Virus record (IMG/VR): IMGVR_UViG_3300031857_000150
Source of the DNA: an uncultured virus (IMG/VR IMGVR_UViG_3300031857_000150)
Taxonomy: Duplodnaviria; Heunggongvirae; Uroviricota; Caudoviricetes
Direction: 5' to 3' (one strand)
Length of the DNA stretch: 20,000 bases
In this document: one piece after another, positions 6,601 to 12,648 of the stretch
Position numbering within the stretch: position 1 is the stretch's first letter
Layout: each line of letters starts with the position of its first letter
Notes under the pieces: model-generated
Database searches by the model: none
The model's input: the letters and a program-made list of their open reading frames with translations, nothing else
Told to the model about the DNA's origin: nothing
Made by a program: the position numbers and the translations under genes

Positions 6601-9590
6601 TTGTACTCAATACCAGCCAGGTATTTTTGTATCTCGATCTCAACCATGCCATACGCAACAAGCTCATCGATGTTGGCTAGCATTTGCTTGGTGTTGAGCT
6701 TGGCTGGCACTGGCCTACCAGCAGCACGATCTTCCCTCACCTTCTTCATGATGAACTTGCGAAGGATTTCCAGATCGCCTACCGGGCCACCTCTTGCCTT
6801 GCCCGTCTGCCTTGAGATGTAGAGCTGCCCCATCGTCGCCAGGTGGATCATCTCGTGCAGCAGCGTGCGGTAATTGGTGCCGACTACCTTATCTGGCTGA
6901 CCGGGCACGTTAGGGCCGTTGACGCGCACGTCGTACTTTGGGCTTTGCCCAAGACCAACAGGAACCGGCGTTACCGTTCCGTAGGTATTCTTGCGGCGCA
7001 TTCTGCCCTTGATGACGCCAAAGCTCATCTGAATGCCGCGATCATTCATCAGCTTGACACGGCTACGCACAGCCTCTGCCACAGTCCTAGCAAAGCCGTT
7101 GGGCGCGTTCTTTACCAGCCAGTTGGAAAGCTGCACAACATCCATGCCATCTACCTCTTGAGCAATCTGCTCCAGAGGCTTTTCAATCGTGTATGTCTGC
7201 TGATCCGGCGGCGTTCCTTCTGGCGGCTTGGGTGCGGCTGGCTTCTTGGGCTTGGTTGGTGGTCTAGGCTCTGTGCGCAAGACGCCAAACACATTCTCCA
7301 GTGGTGTGGCTACAGCTACGTTGCCAAACATATCTGGCTCTGCGGTTGCCTGTGCCGCAGCCTTGTTGGCTTCTGCTGCTAGCTCAATCAAGGAGTCGCC
7401 GATCCTGCGCGGCGCATTCTTGTTGGCGGCAAACATGCTGACTACCTCGCGGGTCAGCGGGTCCATCTCGATGTCGCCCTGATCTATGTACTCGCCCAGA
7501 TCCTTGCCCTGCCGACGAGCGTTGACCGCCAGCTCTGCGGCCTTGGTTACATAGTTGCGTACATCGTAGTCACCAGAACCTTGTAGGTTGGACATGGCAG
7601 GTGCTGCTATCGCCATGCCGCGCAGTATCTGCAACGCCTCTGGATCGGTGGTCTCTGCGTATAAATCAATCAGCGCATCGTTCTCATAAGCGCGGGCAAA
7701 CAGCGCATTTGCCAAGCGAGTCTGTGCCAACGGCGTAGGCTGCCCCTGGCGATTCATGAGTTGCGCCTGCTCCTCTTTGGGCATCGAGGCGACAAACTGA
7801 CGCAGTGAAGCAATGGTTGGGCTGCCATCTGTGAGAAACTCAATCCCTTGCAGATCAAACCTGCCCATGTCGATCTTTGCCTGTTCGGTAGGCGACATAC
7901 CTAGCTGACCGCCAACGTTGCTCTTGTCAGCGATGTCAGGCGTGAGCGAGGACTTGGGCATGATGCGCACGAGAACGGGCTGCTCCATGGCATCGATCAC
8001 ACTTGCCTCAACGCCGTGCGCCTGATCTTCTATCATGCTGCGCACATAGTCGGTATACGGGCCGCTGCGATACAGCTCTTGCAGCCCAGCTATGCGCCCG
8101 TTGCCAGCGACCGGTCTGATGCCCTCGAATGCCGGATCAGCGTACTGCTCAACGGTCGTGCCATCAGCGCGGTTGCTAGGCGTAATTTCACGAGCATCTA
8201 GCACAGCGTATTGCACAGGAATTTTGGTGCCGTCAGACGCAGATACAACGTCAACGCGGCCCAACTGATTTTCATCAACCTGTACATCGCTAATAACCAC
8301 CGGAGCGCCTGCACCAAAATCTCTGGAAACAGATAGGCGGTTGTAGTCCGGCTGCCGAGCGATGCTCATCATCTGCTGAATAGATGCGGGCTTGGTGCGA
8401 TCACGGTTCTGGATATCGGCCAACGACAAACCAAAATCTTCCGGCTTGCCCTCCCAGTAATTCTGCAACGCCTTGGTTGCTTCTTCTGGCGGCTGCGCAA
8501 TTCCTGGTGGCGGGGGTGGAGGCGGCTCCGGTGTTGGAGCAGCAGCACTAGGCTCTTCAATTGTTCTTGGCAACGTTGCCAAGGGCGATGGCTCAACCGG
8601 CGCAGCAGCAGGCTCTACCGCTGGTTCTTCTGGTGGCGCAGCTTCTGGTGGTGGCGCTTCTCGTCCGCGTGTCAGGCCAGCAGCAGTGCCGAGGCCAAGG
8701 CCGCCGACAGCAGCCATACCCATCGTCTCGCCCAGACCTTCTGTGATGCTGCGATTAGGATCAACTTGCTGCCCGGCCAGGTTCTGTGCAACCTTGCCGC
8801 CGCCCTCTTCGATCATTTCGCTGATGGTCTCGCCCGCGCCACCTTTGACAGCAGCGCCAAATCTGCCACCCTTGACCGGCACTTTCGCCATCGCTTCTTC
8901 GATAGCGCGACCGCCCGGCAATCTCTGTGCAAGCAGCGATATAACGGCAGCACCTGCACCCGTCGCACGAGCGTAGCCAAGAGCGCGGCCAGCAGCCTCC
9001 TCTTCGGATATGCCTTTGCTGACCATCTCTTTGTATAACTGTTCGTATGTGCCAGCACCGACATCAGCGCCCTGTTGCACCGCGCCTGTGCCCACAGCGC
9101 CGCTGACCGCAGTCCTAGCGCCTGCGCCTGCAATACCCAAGCCGCGTGCCACAGCCAGACCTGGCAACAGATTGGGTGCTTGTTCTGCGATGAAGTTGGA
9201 TAGCAGGGCTGGATCCTTGATGGTCTCCATGAAGGCAGTAAACCCCGCCTTGAGTTCACCTTCTTTGCCTGCTTCTTTGATTTTGGCTGTGCGCTCGGCT
9301 TCACGGCGCTTCAGCTCTTCTGACTTCATGGCCTCGCCAGCTTCACGAATCTCGCGGCCAACTTTGGTTAGACCCGTGTCAGAAAAGTCGCCCGTAGCCA
9401 GTCCATATAGCTGACCAGGTAGCTGCGTCAGTGCGCCAACGCCAGAGACTACGCCAGCGCCAACGTCCTTGGCGGCTTCACCGAAAGTGCGCTCTTTGCG
9501 AGCAACAGCTTCTTTTTCTCTAACGTCAAACTGGTCAAACGGATTGCCAGCTTTAGTCTGCACATCAAACTGGTCAAACGGGTTTGCCAT
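3657..9590 (-). CDS. Large polyvalent internal virion/ejection protein (ddrB-like ParB domain, HExxH metallopeptidase domain, C-terminal LPD38 domain)
   Basis: 1977 aa. In order: duplicated NPFDQFD N-terminus; Gly/Ala-rich helical region; Pro-rich linker; QNRDRT..GAPVV..QYAVLDA..AGNGRIAGL (ddrB-ParB-like); LLHEMIH..DELVA (zincin); W-DRDNFWWF..IRVPKPFEIG (LPD38). It is the last gene of the ejection-protein cluster. Confidence 0.82.
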   Translation of the reverse strand: MANPFDQFDVQTKAGNPFDQFDVREKEAVARKERTFGEAAKDVGAGVVSGVGALTQLPGQLYGLATGDFSDTGLTKVGREIREAGEAMKSEELKRREAERTAKIKEAGKEGELKAGFTAFMETIKDPALLSNFIAEQAPNLLPGLAVARGLGIAGAGARTAVSGAVGTGAVQQGADVGAGTYEQLYKEMVSKGISEEEAAGRALGYARATGAGAAVISLLAQRLPGGRAIEEAMAKVPVKGGRFGAAVKGGAGETISEMIEEGGGKVAQNLAGQQVDPNRSITEGLGETMGMAAVGGLGLGTAAGLTRGREAPPPEAAPPEEPAVEPAAAPVEPSPLATLPRTIEEPSAAAPTPEPPPPPPPGIAQPPEEATKALQNYWEGKPEDFGLSLADIQNRDRTKPASIQQMMSIARQPDYNRLSVSRDFGAGAPVVISDVQVDENQLGRVDVVSASDGTKIPVQYAVLDAREITPSNRADGTTVEQYADPAFEGIRPVAGNGRIAGLQELYRSGPYTDYVRSMIEDQAHGVEASVIDAMEQPVLVRIMPKSSLTPDIADKSNVGGQLGMSPTEQAKIDMGRFDLQGIEFLTDGSPTIASLRQFVASMPKEEQAQLMNRQGQPTPLAQTRLANALFARAYENDALIDLYAETTDPEALQILRGMAIAAPAMSNLQGSGDYDVRNYVTKAAELAVNARRQGKDLGEYIDQGDIEMDPLTREVVSMFAANKNAPRRIGDSLIELAAEANKAAAQATAEPDMFGNVAVATPLENVFGVLRTEPRPPTKPKKPAAPKPPEGTPPDQQTYTIEKPLEQIAQEVDGMDVVQLSNWLVKNAPNGFARTVAEAVRSRVKLMNDRGIQMSFGVIKGRMRRKNTYGTVTPVPVGLGQSPKYDVRVNGPNVPGQPDKVVGTNYRTLLHEMIHLATMGQLYISRQTGKARGGPVGDLEILRKFIMKKVREDRAAGRPVPAKLNTKQMLANIDELVAYGMVEIEIQKYLAGIEYKRSNGFKVFVEAIRKLLGINKSQQSALERLVALSEEVLTTPIQDIDTMYRMVGRKFETLAETEEEPKTTAQKAKAAAQKALQKRTLKKSQFDGVPDDLYSALEPVFAPEKKTIIDKIDGMRDGFFMKLAQGVADQYRSIKDISEEAYMKARMSKTIDGALEGILFNGQVKLTDGALDIAPKTKGLLKVLEPVGNEVDRYQIWVALQRDAQLVAQGKAPSVNRDIVARRAELAEGKIGNKSRLEVYKQVQKDMNELNRSVLRIAYKQGIIDKEAFKVYSRDINYIPFYKVMDENGDVQGAATKSGLINQYFSKALKGGEKPFGDLMENTLRNWSHILSASMKNEAANATVRAAMDLGGAYPNLKVGLEWRDGKVYSSKSGELINDGKLKPEFTTSGKGMIKTMIDGKPAYFDIAEPLLLESIMSIGYMGPKSKFLDLARDFKNMLQFGVTLSPAFKIRNLFRDSISAIAVTDLKKNPFANVIEGWAASDRNNPAHISALAGGAIFNFGSAYEGDQAKLIKRLLDSGVKGENILDNEKKIQAGIGKAWRAYQELGNKSESANRMALYKQLRETVNPETKKNYTHLEASFYARDMLDFSMQGSWPAFRLVTQVIPFLNARVQGLYKLGRDGVIPTSRVIYNTATGKPIEATDKQRAEQFSIVMGAVVLASLMLYMAFKDDEEYKKREQWDRDNFWWFKLPGMDTAIRVPKPFEIGAMGTLAERVVEQIVDQGAEGKVFGQSLSRMLTDTFAINPIPQIIKPLVDLYANKDSFTGAPIETAGMERLSKAERIAERTSPLAIALSKVSNVFLPEATEVSPVQVDYAIKGYLGWLGGTISATSHYAVMPFSKSAYPDANWTETMSMGFIKSLPSTQSKYVTAFYENNKEISQAYADMRHFAQLGQADKVQEILAEKGDKIAMAKFYDNASKDMAKMRQVVQAIRNDETMTGAQKKEEIDRIKILIGELAQQMEEARIEVKKSYAGAQ
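9526..9581. repeat. 17-bp direct repeat TCAAACTGGTCAAACGG (9526-9542 and 9565-9581), encoding the duplicated NPFDQFD motif
   Basis: Exact match read from the sequence, with a 39-nt period (13 codons). Confidence 0.9.
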
Positions 9591-11048
9591 TTATCTTGTC
9601 CCTAAAATACGCGCGGCAGCACCGGCTCCATATTTAGCATCGAAATCCGCTGCAAGAGCAGGATTCTTTTTCAGATAATCAACCGCAGCAGCAGGCGGCG
9701 CAGTTGTTGGGGCAGGTACAGCACCACCTCTTGTCGGATCGCCCTGCATTAACTGTATTGCAGCCGCTTTTTTCTCCGCTAGACTCTTGCCCGCGTAGGA
9801 CATATCGCCAGCCACGACTTTCATTGCCTCTTCAAAGCTCATGGTGTTTTGTGGTTTGCCAACGCCACGGACCATGCCAAGCTCGTTCATAAACTTGTTA
9901 GCAGATTCAGCACCCTGCGTCGCAAGAATGTTGTGATATCTGCCTAATAAGCGTTCTGTTTCTCCGGGCCGGTTAGCGGAAGAAGCATTAATTCTGGCGA
10001 CGGCCAACTGATAGTCGCCATTCATCTTCGCTACTTGCAACGCACGTTGCGCCGCTTCGTCTGCTTTGTACTGCTCAACAAACAGATCAGATGCTTTTTC
10101 AACCGACTTGTTGAACTGATCGGTCTGACGAATTTGCAGTTCTTCCAGCTTGGTTTCCTTGGCCTGAACACGAGACAGCGCTTTGCCAGACGTATCGCGT
10201 CTGGCACGATCCTCCGCAAACGACAGCTCACGTTCGGTTTTCTTAATGTCTCGCTCTGTATCGCGTATGTCTTTAAGAGCAGAATTGTAAACATTGGTGG
10301 CGTCAGATATGCCACTGCCCAACGCTTGTCCTTCTTGCCCTTCTCTTGCCTGGAATAATCTAGCAGCCAAAGCCAAAGCAGCAGCACCTTTTGCCTGCTC
10401 TCTTTGTTTGCTTAAATCTTCTCTTCTTTTCCCTTCTTCTTCGCGCTCACGCTTGTACAAATCTGTGTCTACGCCCGCCTCACGTTCTGCGTCGCGTAAA
10501 GCAGCAAGCTCTGACTTGATATCCGTCGGGGCTAGAGCAGCATAATCGCGGAATCTAAATCCCCCCGGAAGCGTTAGTGATGATGCGCCAGCGGGAGCGG
10601 CAGGCACGGCAGGCATTTCACCGCCCGGCTGTGTAGCCAACCCTCTGCGGAATATTTCACTTGCAGATACCAGATCACCGTCCGCATAGCCCGACACTTG
10701 GCCGCCTTCGTCGAACGCCACAATTCCACCACCTGCCATCTGCGTCATGTTACTTGGTAACGCTGCTACGCCAGTGCTTGGAGGAGGCGCACCCGGCGCA
10801 GCCATGATCCCAGGAGGAACCTGACCCTGTGCCGCTGTAGGCTGCTGTCCCAGAACATCCTGCGCGACAGTAGTCTGCGGTGGCTGTATGGCAGACTTGG
10901 CGATGCGGTCAATCATCATGCCCGCCATCAGCGCCTTCTGTGGATCAATCATTCCCATCTGGACCATACGCGCCAAGTCAGGCTTGCTGTACTTGGTGGC
11001 AAGCTCACGGATCTCGTCTATCCGCACACCCAAGTTATCGCGCTTCAT
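9591..11048 (-). CDS. Putative internal virion / DNA ejection protein
   Basis: 485 aa. Low-complexity N-terminus, MAGGGIVAFDEGG motif, coiled-coil centre and compact C-terminal AVDYLKKNP...FDAKYGAGAAARILG. Lies between the pilot-like gene and the large polyvalent gene. SD AAGGGG. Confidence 0.65.
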   Translation of the reverse strand: MKRDNLGVRIDEIRELATKYSKPDLARMVQMGMIDPQKALMAGMMIDRIAKSAIQPPQTTVAQDVLGQQPTAAQGQVPPGIMAAPGAPPPSTGVAALPSNMTQMAGGGIVAFDEGGQVSGYADGDLVSASEIFRRGLATQPGGEMPAVPAAPAGASSLTLPGGFRFRDYAALAPTDIKSELAALRDAEREAGVDTDLYKREREEEGKRREDLSKQREQAKGAAALALAARLFQAREGQEGQALGSGISDATNVYNSALKDIRDTERDIKKTERELSFAEDRARRDTSGKALSRVQAKETKLEELQIRQTDQFNKSVEKASDLFVEQYKADEAAQRALQVAKMNGDYQLAVARINASSANRPGETERLLGRYHNILATQGAESANKFMNELGMVRGVGKPQNTMSFEEAMKVVAGDMSYAGKSLAEKKAAAIQLMQGDPTRGGAVPAPTTAPPAAAVDYLKKNPALAADFDAKYGAGAAARILGTR

Positions 11049-11050
11049 GC

Positions 11051-12187
11051 TTAACCCCTTGACAGATGATCAACTGCTAGGTCGGCTAACCCGCCGCCTG
11101 CATAGCCAGACATCAGACCACCTTCTTTGCTGCCAAATAATTTTTGCGCTCCATACAGCGCCGTGCCAACACCAGCAAGCTGCGCCATAGCTGACTGCGG
11201 CGCTTGATAGACAGCCTGCGTCGTCTGCGTCGGCACACCAGCAATCATCTCCTTGGCAAATGCCAACTGCTCGTATGGATACTTCTTCTGACGCAGGAAG
11301 TCTTCGTACTGCTGCGTAAGACGCTGCTGCTCCAGCGCTTGATACTGCTGACCCACACTTTGCAGCGCGTTGATGATGTCCTTCTGCTGACCAAACTGTG
11401 CCTGCCCCAACCCGCCTAGCTGCTGTGCTGCTGCAAGCTGCTGCTGCAATCCTTGTAGTGCAAGCCCAGCGCCATATTGCCGCGAGGCTTCTGTCTGACG
11501 CTGTGCTTCCAGCGCACGTTGCTGTTCTGTGGAGTACAAATTCTGCGCCTGCTCGTAAGCAGCTTGCGCACCACGCGCTTGTATGTCACCTATCTGCTGA
11601 CCAAGATTGCGCTGACGCTCTGCTTCCATAATGGCTTGCCGACTACCGCCAAACGCACCCGCACCTACCGCCTGTGCCTGCTGTTTCGTGCGCTCAATGT
11701 CAGACTGTCTTCTTGCCTCACGCGCCTGTATGTCCACCACGTTCTGGTAGTAGGGCGACATGTACGACTCTGCCGCACCAGGCTGCGTGAATGACCCAGT
11801 CTGGAACTGACTAGGTATGTAATTGATGTCACCCGCCCGCAAGCCAGCAGCACCGGCAAACTGCGTAGCAGCGCCAAGCTGTTGTGCTGGTCCAAGGTTC
11901 GCAACCGCCTGCTGTGCGGTAACTTGGAACGGATCAAACCCAGCAATACGCTCCCGCGTGTACGGCTGGTATTCCGTCTTCGATGCACGGATAGCGTTCT
12001 TGGCTATATCAATAACATCGCCCCGCACTTCCGGCGGGTAGGTGTACTGGATATTAGTGGTGTTGGCAGGCGGCGCAGAACCACCGCCACCACCACCGCC
12101 GTAAACACGACCGCCCGGCTTCAGCCTTGTCGCACTCTCGCCAATCGGCTCGCCAAACGCTTCTAACTGTCTGCGGGAATAGTTCAT
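11051..12187 (-). CDS. Putative DNA pilot / ejection protein
   Basis: 378 aa, Gln/Ala/Gly-rich. N-terminal poly-Gly, YMSPYYQNVVD and GAGAFGGSRQA motifs typical of podovirus DNA-transfer proteins. Directly downstream of the GNAT gene. SD GAGG. Confidence 0.72.
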   Translation of the reverse strand: MNYSRRQLEAFGEPIGESATRLKPGGRVYGGGGGGGSAPPANTTNIQYTYPPEVRGDVIDIAKNAIRASKTEYQPYTRERIAGFDPFQVTAQQAVANLGPAQQLGAATQFAGAAGLRAGDINYIPSQFQTGSFTQPGAAESYMSPYYQNVVDIQAREARRQSDIERTKQQAQAVGAGAFGGSRQAIMEAERQRNLGQQIGDIQARGAQAAYEQAQNLYSTEQQRALEAQRQTEASRQYGAGLALQGLQQQLAAAQQLGGLGQAQFGQQKDIINALQSVGQQYQALEQQRLTQQYEDFLRQKKYPYEQLAFAKEMIAGVPTQTTQAVYQAPQSAMAQLAGVGTALYGAQKLFGSKEGGLMSGYAGGGLADLAVDHLSRG

Positions 12188-12189
12188 AA

Positions 12190-12648
12190 CTACCTCTGCA
12201 AAATTTTCGTATATACCTTGTCGGTATGCTTGTAATCCAAATATTCGAACAAGCGCGAATTATCGAGGTGGACTTTGGTATGCATGACGACTCTATTCAC
12301 ACCGATGTCTTTCAATATTTCTTCCGCGTACTTAAACATCTTGATTCCAGTGCGCCCTTTGCGGTACTCCGGTTTCAAATAATAAATATCTTCAAACGCC
12401 GTGATGCAAGTCTTGTAATGCAAGTGTGGCTGGATAATAAAAATGATGTATCCAATCAACTCCTCGCCATCCATGCAGTTGATACATATCAGCCATCCCA
12501 TCTCCGCCATCTGTGCGTACCGCTCGTAATCCGGTGCCATCGGAAAATCTTTGGTTACACACAGCTCGTCGTAGTGAGCAGGAAATATGCTCTCCAACTG
12601 TTTCGCAAAATCAAACGGGTTAACTGCTTTGTACGTTATCTCACTCAT
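12190..12648 (-). CDS. GNAT-family N-acetyltransferase
   Basis: 152 aa. Acetyl-CoA-binding motif A (EDIYYLKPEYRKGRTGIKMF) and C-terminal LFEYLDY. ATGA overlap with the upstream gene. Confidence 0.85.
   Translation of the reverse strand: MSEITYKAVNPFDFAKQLESIFPAHYDELCVTKDFPMAPDYERYAQMAEMGWLICINCMDGEELIGYIIFIIQPHLHYKTCITAFEDIYYLKPEYRKGRTGIKMFKYAEEILKDIGVNRVVMHTKVHLDNSRLFEYLDYKHTDKVYTKILQR

Noticed and set aside
9526..9581. 17-bp direct repeat as a mini-CRISPR or att site
   Set aside because: Only two copies, in frame within a CDS and encoding a duplicated peptide. No cas or integrase gene is nearby.
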